Made by a program: the position numbers and the translations under genes. A stretch of DNA of 63,909 nucleotides, the filler included, from Hausera hauseri (Eukaryota): assembly GCA_046269625.1 (NCBI GenBank). It is 12 parts of 12 records of this genome, joined end to end, with 100 filler letters (N's around TTAATTAATTAA, not from the genome) between each part and the next. Parts side by side here need not be neighbours in the genome. Positions count along the whole stretch, not along the records: positions 1 to 4,299 come from JBJURY010649108.1; positions 4,400 to 8,571 come from JBJURY010722214.1; positions 8,672 to 18,029 come from JBJURY010398811.1; 9 more parts are not named here. The stretch is one strand, 5' to 3'. The notes under the pieces are model-generated. The model had not been told where the DNA came from. It saw nothing but the letters and a program-made list of their open reading frames with translations, and made no database searches. Positions 1 through 11,564 of the stretch are shown here, in pieces; position 1 is the stretch's first letter, and every line of letters starts with the position of its first letter.

Positions 1-870
1 CAGAGCTGCATGTGTCGGTATGAATGATCATCCAGACAAATATATCACATCACTCGACTTTGTCATGATAAAGCCAAGAGTGACATTTTTTATAATTCGC
101 CATCCACTACCCTTTAAAGTGTAGTTGGCGATTTTCTCCTCAAGCGTTTTGCCTACGTCGGCAATTAAATCTTCGGAATACGGTACTGCTCGATGTGACA
201 GGTATTATTGTTTCCTGTCACCTTCCAAATTTTCAAATTCTGCAAGTGCATAATATTGCACTTCGCAGTGATTGTGTTGAAATTTGGCCACCTCTGTACA
301 ACCTGCGGGTACATCCTTCAGTTGCGTTGCTGCTTTCGTCGATATGTCCATCTTCATGTTCTCGTACGATCTGTTCAGATCGTACTTGACTGTAATGTTG
401 GGAATACTGGCCTCCTATTCTATTTTTGCTATTTCTGCTGCTGCTGCTGCTAGGCACTGTTTCTGATTAATTCGTCAAGACTTGCTGAGGCCTGACGTTT
501 CATACTGGTTGTTGTTGTTGACAGGATGTTGCTGCTGTACTGTCCATAAATATTTGTTTCTTCGATCGCTTAAACTGGTTTAAGTGGTCCTTGTGCAAAT
601 TATAAAATTGTACATAGTTAATTTGAGCTTCAACTACTGAACAACCGGGACAAACGTAGGCCCCTTTATTGTGCAGCGTTGTGGTTATGCCATAGTACTG
701 CTCCATTGTACACTATGATAACCACTAACGTTGTGCACTATATTACTACAGTAGTGTGGGTATGTGGGACAATGCACATGCATCATCTTCTTGGGCCGCG
801 TGAACGGACTGAGATGATGCTTGTGAATCTCATAAAAGTCGGGGTACGGCAGAGGGTTGTAACATGACAC
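1..870 (-). pseudogene. Polinton protein-primed DNA polymerase B, N-terminal fragment with upstream Cys/His (Zn-finger-like) segments
   Basis: The reverse complement of 1-470 aligns closely with 32680-33170, the start of the pPolB in contig G (YTxKGSGW, LSGxSFIPT). Stops are present, e.g. CGA>TGA in G-R-S-F. Upstream is CPGC...HKDH at 500-706. Confidence 0.8.
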
Positions 871-2143
871 CAGTTTCCCTCACTTGATTGGCTATTTTGA
901 ACATTTCACTAAAAATTTCGGATGACCCCCTGGCCGTAAAGAAGGTCGAGCAATGGACTTTGGACAGAGTGACCGCGTGACGAGTTGAGCAAAATTTAAT
1001 AGCGGTGCGACTTTGAGAAATGTAAGGGAGAGGCGCTAGAAGAGGAAGAAGCAAAACAGGAAATGCGCCACGCGTAACGAGAAACGTGTTGCTAGCATTG
1101 GCAAAATGTGTACAAAGGGTAAATCGATGTTGGCGAATCCAATGGACAATGGGAACGTGGGGAAAAATCGATGGGAAAATTTCAGAGGGGGGAAATTTCC
1201 CTTTACATAAGTCAAACGGCGATGGAAATTGATTGAACTCATGGCCCATCAGTAGTTGAGCATTTCATATTATAGCTGCCTCACGATCAGACCAAAGGAT
1301 CCAGGTGAAAATGGCAACCGAACGAAAAAAGGAACCGAAAAAACGCATTGTTATAAGTCTAAGTCAAAATCAGTGTAGTAGGTAGAAGTGTCATTTCGTC
1401 CTCACTTCCCAAAAAGTGCTCAGATGTACCTCGGACCAAGTTTTCCCCACCTATCTCCTCCCGATACCATTAGCCAAGAAATTGTCCAGCCGAATACTTC
1501 AAAAACGAGTCCTCCTGCAAAACTGGAGGCAGTTATGAAACTGTTGACCTGGCACTGTGGGTTTTGCAATATTTTTCCTACTTGTGAAGCAGATAATATC
1601 AATATCAAAAGGAACAAGCATCTAAAAGCACAAGGAGCAAAAAAGCAAAGGATTAAATTGTTAAAAACGAAATTTGTGAAATAATTAATGATGATACCCA
1701 CTTTGATACAGCGATGTTAACCAGAATTCCGTGGCCTGAGGATGACAAAACAACTGGGTCGTTGTATGCTGCGTTCATATGAGATAGGCTACAGCACCCC
1801 GAAAGGTTAGGCAATCGTTGCTATAAAATCTCGTTTGATATCGTTTCACATAGGGTGAGACGGTCGTAAACAAACGAAGTTTGATATCACGGTTTGTACC
1901 ATACAAGGGCCAAATTCACGGATTCGACATGCCAAAAATGTACTTGGGCGTCCAGCAAAAAAGCGACTGTTTGTTTGGCAATTAGAGTATAATTTGTGAT
2001 TGTTTTATTTATACAGTTTACAATATACAAATGAGTTTGTCGCACTTGATCTTTTTACCAATCTAATTAGGCAGTAAAATGTACTATATTATATTATATT
2101 CAGAACAAAACATTGAAAATGTATCTTAAGCGCAATCTATATA

Positions 2144-2171
2144 CATAGTCCAGTCACATTAATGTGACCAC
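2144..2171 (+). repeat. Left TIR of the Tc1 element
   Basis: CATAGTCCAGTCACATTAATGTGACCAC, the inverted copy of 3336-3363. Confidence 0.95.
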
Positions 2172-2291
2172 CACCTACTTTCGACGTCAACGTGAAATAA
2201 CCAATCACAGAAGGCAGGTGGCAGCACATTGCAGTGGAGCGTATATAAAGGGTGTCGGAGGGAAGCGGAAAACATTGCAATCGTTGGCGTA

Positions 2292-3332
2292 ATGCAGAAA
2301 CGGAGCGATTTATCCGACGTCCAAAAGGGCATGATCATTGGCTTTCGGGCCAAGGGTGGAAGCATTTCCGAAACGGCTAATTTTGTAAACTGTTCACGTG
2401 CCGCCGTGGTAAAAGTATACCGTGCATGGCAAAATGGCACTATCCAAAATCAGCGACGTGGCAAATGTGGTGCACCACGGGCCATAGATGACAGAGGTGA
2501 ACGACGGCTGCGGAGATGCGTTCGGGCGAATAGACGTGCAACCGTTGACCAACTGACCGCCCAGATGAACCAAGGAGCTACCAACAGTGTCTCCTCAACG
2601 ACGGTTCAGCGAACGTTGCTGCGTATGGGCCTCCGCAGCAGACGCCTGGTTAATGCACCGATGCTGACTGCTGTTCATCGGCGACGAAGGCTGGAATTTG
2701 CACGCCAGTACCGCAACTGGACATCCACTGAGTGGCGACAGGTGGCTTTTTCCGATGAATCACGTTTTATGCTCCATCGGACAGATGGACGTTGGCGTAT
2801 ACGGCGTGAAACGTCTGAAAGCAAACACCCTGCAACAATTGCCGGAAGGGTCCAAGCTGGAGGAGGGAGCATTATGGTCTGGGGAATGTTTTCGTGGCAT
2901 TCTCTGGGTGCACTCATCATTGTGGAAGGCACGATGGATCAACACAAGTACGCATCTGTCCTTGCGGACCATGTCCACCCCTACATGCGAATTGTTTTTC
3001 CTCAGGATGATGGCATCTACCAGCTGGACAATGCGCCGTGTCATACAGCTCGCAGTGTACGTGCGTGGTTCGAAGAGCACCAGGATGAGTTTACCGTACT
3101 CCCCTGGCCACCAAACTCCCCGGACTTAAACCCAATCGAGAATCTGTGGGACCACCTCGATCGGGTTGTTCGCGCCATGGATCCTCAACCGCGTAACCTA
3201 TCGCAGCTGGCCACGGCACTGGAGTCGGCATGGCTCCACATCCCAGTGAGTACCTTCAAGAACCTAATTGACTCTCTTCCTGCACGTCTCGCAGCGATCC
3301 GCACTGCGAAAGATGGTTATTCTGGCTTTTGA
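2292..3332 (+). CDS. Tc1-like transposase, DD36E, 346 aa from ATG 2292
   Basis: N-terminal HTH with GAPR linker; FSDESRF, QLDNAPCH and SPDLNPIENLW motifs, with 36 residues between D2 and E. TATATAA near 2242. Confidence 0.95.
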   Translation: MQKRSDLSDVQKGMIIGFRAKGGSISETANFVNCSRAAVVKVYRAWQNGTIQNQRRGKCGAPRAIDDRGERRLRRCVRANRRATVDQLTAQMNQGATNSVSSTTVQRTLLRMGLRSRRLVNAPMLTAVHRRRRLEFARQYRNWTSTEWRQVAFSDESRFMLHRTDGRWRIRRETSESKHPATIAGRVQAGGGSIMVWGMFSWHSLGALIIVEGTMDQHKYASVLADHVHPYMRIVFPQDDGIYQLDNAPCHTARSVRAWFEEHQDEFTVLPWPPNSPDLNPIENLWDHLDRVVRAMDPQPRNLSQLATALESAWLHIPVSTFKNLIDSLPARLAAIRTAKDGYSGF

Positions 3333-3335
3333 CAC

Positions 3336-3363
3336 GTGGTCACATTAATGTGACTGGACTGTG
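3336..3363 (-). repeat. Right TIR of the Tc1 element
   Basis: GTGGTCACATTAATGTGACTGGACTGTG followed by TA. Confidence 0.95.
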
Positions 3364-3539
3364 TATGTTTGCTGTATGAACCTAATGAGATGAGTAATAA
3401 GAAGGAAGAAAGTGTATCAATTAGTTAGTGCCACGATTGCGCCTTGAATTGATAACGTAATATTTGCCGTATGAAATATCAGAATTGTCATCAAATTCCT
3501 AATGTGACTCCCATGGCAACAGTGTTTGACATGTGAAAA

Positions 3540-3647
3540 CAGCACCTATCTCGTCCATTTATTCCTTATGAATATGGAACTGTTGATGAGACTCTGGTAT
3601 CTTTTTGTGGTGGATGCAATTTTGGGCAATATATGCCAAATAAACCA
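3540..3647 (+). pseudogene. piggyBac transposase remnant
   Basis: Translates as TVDETLVSFCGGCNFGQYMPNKP, matching the piggyBac TxDExLxxFxGRCxFRQYxPNKP motif. Confidence 0.7.
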
Positions 3648-3849
3648 TTTATTATCAACAAAAATGTCAGTTAAGAAGACTTTACTCGGCAAAGTCGGCG
3701 GATCGAAATCCTAAAGCTCACTTGGTTTCTTGTCTCACATAATTTAAATTGAAGTCTAAAGAGTTTTTAAAAGTATTTATTATTTATCAAATATTTAAAC
3801 AAATTAAAAAGAAATAATAATTTGCTTATTATTTATTTTTGCTGCTCCA

Positions 3850-4299
3850 TTACTTTCTCCTCTCCTTTATGATCTTTGTTCACTCTTTTCAACCATTTCA
3901 CTCTTCTACGAATTATTCTACCGTCTTCCATGTTTTTAAACTCCCACTGATGCGACAAAATTTGTCAAATTATTTGATACGGTCCTTTGAACTGATAAGC
4001 ATATTTTTTCTTTTCTGAGGATCTACTTTCACGAACACTTTCTGTCCAATTTCAAAATTTCGCTTCCCTCTCTTTTCCCGCTCGAAATTTTCCATTCGGT
4101 TTAACTGCATCTGTAAAATGTCGTGTAATACTTTGTGTCAGTTTACCGTTATCGATCTGTCTTGTGACCCCTTCAGCTGCGTGCAAGTTGTTTTCTCGTT
4201 TAAAAACAATTTCAAATGGTGAGCGTCCCACTGTGCTTCGTACTGTGGCGTTTATCGGAAATTCAATTTTCGATACAGACTTCCACCATGCTCTACCCA
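3850..4299 (-). pseudogene. Ty3/gypsy integrase C-terminal remnant with a possible polypurine tract
   Basis: INATVRSTVGRSPFEIVF and GPYQII motifs, followed by purine-rich AAAGGAGAGGAGAAAG near 3853-3868. Confidence 0.65.
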
Positions 4300-4399
4300 N
4301 NNNNNNNNNNNNNNNNNNNNNNNNNNNNNNNNNNNNNNNNNNNTTAATTAATTAANNNNNNNNNNNNNNNNNNNNNNNNNNNNNNNNNNNNNNNNNNNN
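4300..4399. other. Artificial contig-joining linker (44 N + TTAATTAATTAA + 44 N)
   Basis: The identical 100-nt linker also occurs at 8572-8671, 18030-18129, 22615-22714, 26882-26981, 32580-32679, 36672-36771, 40755-40854, 50735-50834, 55175-55274 and 59590-59689. The 12-mer gives stops in all six frames. Confidence 0.98.
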
Positions 4400-5971
4400 A
4401 GGAAACAATTCCATAATGGGAATAGTACCGGCAATGTGATTAAGGAATTTCATGAAATTTTTGATTTAAATGATTCTGATGATGATGATGATGAAGAATT
4501 CGTTATTAAATTACCCAAAACCAACACCGAAACCATTATCAAGTCATCCAACTGGAAAATCGTTGGGAAATAATGACGTAACGACGATCATGTCTAATCG
4601 TTGGCCGCTTGAGTCATCGATCAGTGCAATTACTAATAGGAAACAACGAAATATGCTGAAATGAAACAAAAACGCGATAATGTAATAATTGAACATCGAT
4701 ATTTACCAAACGATAACAATAAAGCACCAACGGAACCATCAGTCAACATGATGCGACAGAGAAACCATGAAGTCAATTCTACCGAATCTAACATAAAATG
4801 CATTTACACAAATTCATGAATATTAACCAGACAATACTCATCAGAGATCGTTCAACAATTCATATTCCGTTTATAAAGATCGAAATAATTCTAGTCGAGT
4901 TCATAATTGTCCGGATACGAGGCATAGTGCCACCAGCGATTTGACAGTGGTGAATAGAAAACGACCAAATTATTCACCGGAACTTTCCCATAGCGTCAGT
5001 GGAAAACGACAGAAATTATCGAACGTTCAGGACCGTGTTGTCGGATCGGGGGTTTTCGATGAATTCTATGCACAAATGGAGTTGAACAAACATTCACAGA
5101 GAAAGTCGGTGTCACCGCTTAGTGATTACGGATCTCCCAACATTGTGAACGATAATCACATGCCTGTCGACAACGATTGGTCGATCGGAAAGCAGTTTGC
5201 ATTTACATCGAAACCCCAAAGCGATAGCGGTTTTACGATGCCAAAAATCTCAGTTACATGTGACAAAATGATGGAATCGAAAATGGACGATAGCGATGAT
5301 GACGAATTCATCATTAATCTGTCGGACGTAGAATCTCAATTTCACAAATCACCGAGTATCTCGCCGAATCAGAATTGGCATTCGTCATTTGATATGAAGA
5401 CGGAAATCGATAACAGAACAACAAATACGTTTTCTGTACGTTTCTAACCGTTTCTCTATTGGAAGTATTTCAAATTTTGCCCATTTAGACACCTCGTCGC
5501 GTTGACAACAAACAACAGACAGGTTTGTCCGCTGAGCGAAATTATGCNNNNNNNNNNCTTAAAGTGTAACCGGGATAGTTGGGGTCGTAAGAAACACCAA
5601 ACCCCAATGGAGTCGGACGATGACGGTACGCCGTCCAATAGAATCGGTGTGAAATACACAAGTAATGTAAGTATCCGTTAACGTAAGTGATAAGTAATGT
5701 GCCGTACGACCAGTCGGATAGTGGATACAGCACGTACAGCGGCAGTACGAGTACACCAGATGGGACACAGAAAATGTCCCACGGGCAATGTGAAGCATCT
5801 GATGACGATGATGAATTTAATATATGTCTGGATCCGTCACGCAATCGAATTATACCGAATGAGCCATATAACCCAGTAAAAGACAATAACTGTATGTCGA
5901 ACAATCTCGTCTCAGACGACGACGATGACGACGAATTTCAGATTATATTTCCAATATCAAAACAGAGGTAA
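4400..5971 (+). CDS. Fragmented low-complexity Ser/Asp/Asn-rich protein with four acidic-EFxIxL motifs, function unknown
   Basis: Successive + strand ORF pieces of similar composition, separated by frameshifts or a gap. The motif SDDD(D)EFxIx[LF] recurs at about 4472, 5286, 5798 and 5912. Confidence 0.4.
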
Positions 5972-8671
5972 ATCGTTATTTGTTATTGGCTTACCGTATG
6001 ACAAATAGCAGCAGGTGACAAGACGACACCATCTAACCGTACGACGTTCATCGTCGGTGATCGTCGAAACTAGTGTGATCCCAGATAGGCTAGTTCGGGT
6101 GCCAGTCGCCAAGATATTTTCTTAATAAATTACTTTAATTCCTGACTGGCTCCTTCTGGTTGCTGATGACGGAATGGTCGTGGACAGATAATTTATATTC
6201 TGATTACGTTGCCGTTCTGAGAAACACTTGAATAATGTAAATATTTAAAATACTCCAATTCTCCCCTTCCCAACCGCCCCTTAAATGCACCAGTTAAATT
6301 ACGTTGGTTGACTTGCACTGCACCGTGGGCAAGTTACTGCTTTACTGTTATTGTTGTTGTTAATGCGCGCACACACACACACACACACCTAGTAGCTGCT
6401 GTTTGATATCGATTAGTTGTGCCAATTTGCTGACTGGACAATGCATCGGTTGGTAGATCGATGAGTAATTCTGCAGATTGTTGTAGTGGCTATTGTCAAC
6501 GGTTGATGACACACACACATGTGTCAATTCAATTTCAATCAATAAATTATTCCGTATGATAGAAATATTGTATCGTCCTTCAATTAGACGTGGACCGTAG
6601 ATGTACAATATTAATTGATTGAAAAGGAATGTAAAAGTCATGAGAATTGAAGTAGTACTAAAGAAGGATAATAGTATCAAGTTTATTTATTATCTGTTTT
6701 ATTGTCTGGTTAATCTTCAAATACAGATAAACCAGCGATTATCAAAGATTTTCTTTTTTATTTTTAATACTGTCTTGTTCAAGATTAAATCGGTCGAGTA
6801 GAACATTCATCAACGTTCAAACTCTGATGGACTAACATAGAAACTTTCTCAGATTATATATGAACGTGTTGGTCATGATTCAAAAAACTGTTATTTTTTG
6901 TAATTAAATATCCGAATATACGAAACGAGATAAATTCCAAAATAAGATAGTAAATGACAAAACGGCTAATTACCACGAGATTCAAAAACCGTACAAAAAA
7001 TTATTAAAACAAAATGATTATTTTCTCATCATGACAGTCTATCAACCAATAATTTAGCTGTCCTCTAATTATAGTAATGACAAAAAAATCGACAAATAAT
7101 TATCATTGATTATCTCAGTTAAAAATATCCTGTGGGGATTGCATCATTTATGGGCTTGAAAAGTAGACTGTACATGAAATCATCGTGAACTATTTAGTAA
7201 CTAGTTCAATGTCGGAATGAACTCAATCAACAAAGCAAATTTGATTTAACATTTAAATAAACGGATCACTGCAATCGTATACACAAACACAAGTGGAGAA
7301 AAAAGTGTCTAAAATTAGTAACATGATTATTAGAATAAATCAATAAAATGAAACGAAGTTCGTTACACAGGCTGTTAAAAACGACAATTACTTACACTTC
7401 ACAAAAAATTGAGAGCGAATAAAAAAAGGAAGTAGAATTCACCGAATTCCATTGTAGCAGAATTTGATGTAAAACGTCTCAGTTTCGCGGTATCATATCA
7501 AAGTTCAATGTGTTAATAATGATTTATTAATGGAGTTGTCGGTTGTTTCTCTGGGTGTGCCGTAATATGTTACATTACATCGTTAGAAACGGGACAGGCA
7601 ACTTGGCTGTTATTCCTCGAAACTGTTAATCCCTGAACTTTGTAAGGGTGTCCAGTTTAGTTTTACAAGTTATGGTGGAATTGTCGCATGATGTGTACCT
7701 AGACGTAATTGTTTTCTTATATTTGATGGCAAATTCTTGTCATTAACAATATATGAATTGCATCTCAACCAATGTACCATCTTTGGTAATTTGATATGCA
7801 AAGAATTCTGTTCATATGGTAGAAAGAATGAATGGATAAGATATATCAATTCATCAACAATTAAATGTGATTCTGACTTGCAATTCGAACGACTAATATC
7901 CAATTCATGCCATGGAAGATGGTCTAAAAGTTTATTCTCGTCGCCAACCGTACTGAGAGCGTTTGTCAAACAGCACGAATCATCTTCAGTTGCTGGTGGC
8001 AAATTGTGACAATAATGTTCGAAGCAATGACCAGACTGATTGCTTGGAACTTATAATTATGAACCCAATGGGATACAACTAATCCCACAATTGACATCGA
8101 TTAAGTTAATAGAACTTCGGATACCAGATTCGAGAGGACAGCTGATATGAGTACCACAAGAATCGTGCAAAGCCTTGGAATGGGATCTACAGTTACAAAA
8201 CCAATTAAAGTCTATACCTGATTTGATGTGTAGTCTGAAATTTAAGCTACTTCTAAATGAATACGTGTTGATGGACTCGACACAAGAAATTTCTTCAGAA
8301 TTATTATTAGTCGTATCCGTTCGCCTCATAGCACAGATTGTTGATGCAAATTTAAGCCTCGTAAAATAAATTTTAGAAGCGGAAGATCGGGGCCCGCCTA
8401 TGGACCCGGCACGGCGGCAACGGACGCCCGGCCGTGTCCAACCAAATGGACCAGAGGGCGCCGGCCGCTGTGGGCACCACAGGCTGCACGGCATAAAAAT
8501 GTTTCATTTTGATTTCAATTGTATTAAATTTAAAATTCTGTCCGGGAAATGACTTAGGCGAAAACAAATTGNNNNNNNNNNNNNNNNNNNNNNNNNNNNN
8601 NNNNNNNNNNNNNNNTTAATTAATTAANNNNNNNNNNNNNNNNNNNNNNNNNNNNNNNNNNNNNNNNNNNN

Positions 8672-8799
8672 TAAATGAAACAACAAAAAATGTCACAGAA
8701 ATGAACGCATTCAAATGAAATTGTTGTTATTAAATGAAACAACAAAAATTGCATGCAAAATGAACGCATTCAAATGAAATTGTTGTTATTAAATGAATC
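8672..8799. repeat. Tandem repeat, about 59-bp unit, about 2 copies
   Basis: TAAATGAAACAACAAAAA...ATGAACGCATTCAAATGAAATTGTTGTTAT repeated at 8672 and 8731. Confidence 0.8.
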
Positions 8800-8960
8800 A
8801 AAACGCAATCCACCGCATACAATTACACATTCATACTCAATCGAAATCCAAACATCTGCCAAACACACACACACAGAGAGAGAGAGAGAAATCAAGTCAG
8901 TATATCAGAAAATGTATTTACAAAAAGGATAATACAAACACAGTAGCATAAACCAAGTAT

Positions 8961-11564
8961 CTATTTCCTGTTAATGGCTTCCTTAACAACGCGTAAAATC
9001 TCACTGCGCGCTGCACTGATATTCAACATCGATTCTGCCTCCAACACAAGATGCAATGGCCGTTCTCCAGTCTGCGTCAAACGTTTGATATCCTTCTGCT
9101 GCATAAAAACCCCCTTGACAAGCATCGAAACGTCAAAATTCTCCAATAAAGTCGTCCGCAAATCCTTTGTCGTCAGAATATAGCGAATATTTGCCGGATA
9201 ATGATTAATTTCAATTTCCTCACGGGCAATTTCCGACACGCCGGTATTTGCTGCCGTATCCAATTTCACGCCGCAACTGTCCAATTTCATACTCAATTTC
9301 AATGCAATTTGATGAGCAGTTTTTGCATGGGTATGGGCAATAAATGCTGCCTGCGGATCGGACGGCGTATTGTACGATTGCTGCGGTCGAGTTTCCTGCC
9401 GGATTTCCTCGAGAATTGCTTCATCTTCTTCTGTTATTTCATCCGGACAATATTCCTTCAATTCCTTCAGTTTCTTTTCCTTCTCCTTCATCGCTTCTGC
9501 TGCATCAAATTTATATCCGTGTCCACGAAATCCCGACGGCGCCTTCATTTCCTTTCCCTCCTTTTTCATTCGTTCACAAAATATTTGATGGGCATCCAAC
9601 AACTCATTCGGCGGGATTTGATCGTTATCCTTAAGCGCCTTAATCAACCAACTGAAATTCACTTCCTGATCAGCTGTTACAAATGTATACGCATCGCCCT
9701 TATTGCCCGCTCGTCCGGTTCGCCCGCAACGATGCACGTAATCCTCATAATGATTCGGACAATCGTAGTTTATCACACACACCAAATCATTCACGTCCAA
9801 TCCGCGGGCAGCCACCGACGTCGCAATTAAAATCCAAACGTTATCGTGACGGAAATTGAAAATAGCCTCCTCCCGTTTCTCCTGCGTCAATCCGCCGTGC
9901 AGCGGAACATTCTGAATATTCTGATGATTCAAATTATTCGATACGGTCGTTGCCATTTCCTGTTTTTCTACAAAAACCAAAATTTTCCCCCGATCCTCAA
10001 ATTCCCGAATAATATCAAACAATTTCATAAATTTGTCACTTTCATCCATCAGAAAAACGTGCTGCGTCACGTCACTACAAACCTTATTTCCGCCACCGAC
10101 TCTCACCTCAATCGGTTCTTTCATGATTTTCTTTGCCAAACCCTCAATTTTACGTGGAAATGTTGCACTAAACATCACAACTTGTTTATCGGGACGAATT
10201 CGGCCAATAATCGCAACAACCTGCGGTTCGAATCCCATATCGAACATTCGATCTGCCTCATCTAATACAACAAATGTACATCGGGATAAACTCAAATTCC
10301 GCCCATTATTCGTTGCCATTATGTCGATTATTCGACCGGGAGTACCGACGACAATCTCCACACCTTTTTTCAATTTTGCAATTTGCTGCGCTGCATCGGC
10401 ACCACCGAAAATACAGCCGCACCGAATGTGTTTGAGGAAAATCGTAATTTTCTCAATTTCCTGGAAAATTTGTATGCTCAATTCACGTGTCGGACAGAGA
10501 ACGATGGAAATTGGACCCTCGCCACTGGCAACAGATGGCTGATTGCTGATGTGACGAATCATTGGTAGGAGATACGCTAGAGTTTTACCGCTGCCGGTTT
10601 TGGCAATGCCGATCACGTCTTTACCGCTCATGATCGCCGGAATTGTTTGGCATTGAATTGGAGTCGGTTGGATCATTTTGTTGTATTTCAAAGCGTGGAG
10701 AATCTTCACCGATACAATTGCGTGTGACCATTTCGTTATCAGCTTCGGACAATCGCGTCCTTTCGTGTAGATTTCCATTGATTTCTTCAATCGTTTCGCT
10801 TCACCGATGGACATCATGGTGACTTCCGGTACTTCATTATACAAATTGTAATTGTATTTCCGATAATATGTTTTATCATGATTGATCTCCGGTAATTTCT
10901 GTCGTTTATCTTCAAATAACGATTCCGCTAACGATTCCAACGTGTCTGGTTCTGTGGACATTGGCACATCTTCCATTTCATCGTCTTTCTCATCGACAAA
11001 TTCCGACATCGATCCGTTACCTTCTTTCGACACCGGTGGCACCAACTGTGACATAAAATAATCCAATGGATCCATATCACCGTTTTCTTTGTCATCTTCA
11101 TCAGCTTCTTCAGATTTCTTTGTCGATTTCGGAATCATTTCAACGAACTCGTCGCTATCGTAATCAACAGGCGTTATTTCTTCCGTCGGTTCGCTACTGC
11201 CGTTTTCATTCTCTTTCGGTTTATCAACCGGTGGCTTCGTGTCTTTTTCGTCGACGACTCGTCGTTCGTTCGATGACTTTTCTCGTCTCGACGATTTTTT
11301 CGATCGACGTCGACTTCGATCTGTCGAACGTGATTTCCGTCGTTTATCTCGTGAACGATGACGTTTGTCCCGCGAACGGGATCGGCGTTCGCGAGTTTTT
11401 CTGTCCCGTGATTTTGAACGTGATTTTGCCGTTTTTCGATCTTTCAATTTCGCACTTCGGTCATTGCGATTCGATTCGTCGATTCTTACGGATTTCTCTT
11501 CACTTTTCGTCTGTTCTTGGAAAACTTTATCGCTGTACATGAAAGAAAATGTATTATTTATCAA
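8961..11564 (-). CDS. DDX46: DEAD-box RNA helicase DDX46/Prp5 (pre-spliceosome assembly)
   Basis: RS-rich N-terminus, DPLDxFM motif typical of Prp5/DDX46, AKTGSGKT, PTREL, TPGR, DEAD, SAT, ARGLD, HRCGRTGRAG, GFxGxGYKF and a C-terminal KH-like EINHYP region. The exact start is uncertain (possible 39-nt intron at 11533-11571). Confidence 0.92.
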   Translation of the reverse strand: MINNTFSFMYSDKVFQEQTKSEEKSVRIDESNRNDRSAKLKDRKTAKSRSKSRDRKTRERRSRSRDKRHRSRDKRRKSRSTDRSRRRSKKSSRREKSSNERRVVDEKDTKPPVDKPKENENGSSEPTEEITPVDYDSDEFVEMIPKSTKKSEEADEDDKENGDMDPLDYFMSQLVPPVSKEGNGSMSEFVDEKDDEMEDVPMSTEPDTLESLAESLFEDKRQKLPEINHDKTYYRKYNYNLYNEVPEVTMMSIGEAKRLKKSMEIYTKGRDCPKLITKWSHAIVSVKILHALKYNKMIQPTPIQCQTIPAIMSGKDVIGIAKTGSGKTLAYLLPMIRHISNQPSVASGEGPISIVLCPTRELSIQIFQEIEKITIFLKHIRCGCIFGGADAAQQIAKLKKGVEIVVGTPGRIIDIMATNNGRNLSLSRCTFVVLDEADRMFDMGFEPQVVAIIGRIRPDKQVVMFSATFPRKIEGLAKKIMKEPIEVRVGGGNKVCSDVTQHVFLMDESDKFMKLFDIIREFEDRGKILVFVEKQEMATTVSNNLNHQNIQNVPLHGGLTQEKREEAIFNFRHDNVWILIATSVAARGLDVNDLVCVINYDCPNHYEDYVHRCGRTGRAGNKGDAYTFVTADQEVNFSWLIKALKDNDQIPPNELLDAHQIFCERMKKEGKEMKAPSGFRGHGYKFDAAEAMKEKEKKLKELKEYCPDEITEEDEAILEEIRQETRPQQSYNTPSDPQAAFIAHTHAKTAHQIALKLSMKLDSCGVKLDTAANTGVSEIAREEIEINHYPANIRYILTTKDLRTTLLENFDVSMLVKGVFMQQKDIKRLTQTGERPLHLVLEAESMLNISAARSEILRVVKEAINRK

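Larger units (their letters stand above)
2144..3363 (+). mobile_element. Intact Tc1/mariner DNA transposon, DD36E (Incomer-type), 1220 bp
   Basis: 28-bp TIRs with 1 mismatch, TA target-site duplication at 2142-2143 and 3364-3365, and one uninterrupted transposase ORF. Confidence 0.95.

Noticed and set aside
1187-1256. GGAAATTTCC kB-like palindrome and AGTAGT as a Polinton terminus
   Set aside because: Short motifs; the AGTAGT faces the wrong way to be the end of the PolB-bearing element to its left.
2229-2291. N-terminal extension of the transposase in the ORF track (367 aa)
   Set aside because: It starts at TTG and spans the TATA box; ATG 2292 gives the expected 346 aa.
4344-4355. Recurring TTAATTAATTAA as a biological repeat or CRISPR-like array
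   Set aside because: Always centred in 44+44 Ns; it is a synthetic six-frame stop linker.
6367-6388. (CA)n microsatellite, also (CA)n(GA)n near 8863-8889
   Set aside because: Ordinary simple repeats.
7480-8370. Minus-strand ORFs of 110-145 aa
   Set aside because: No recognisable motifs or convincing exon structure.
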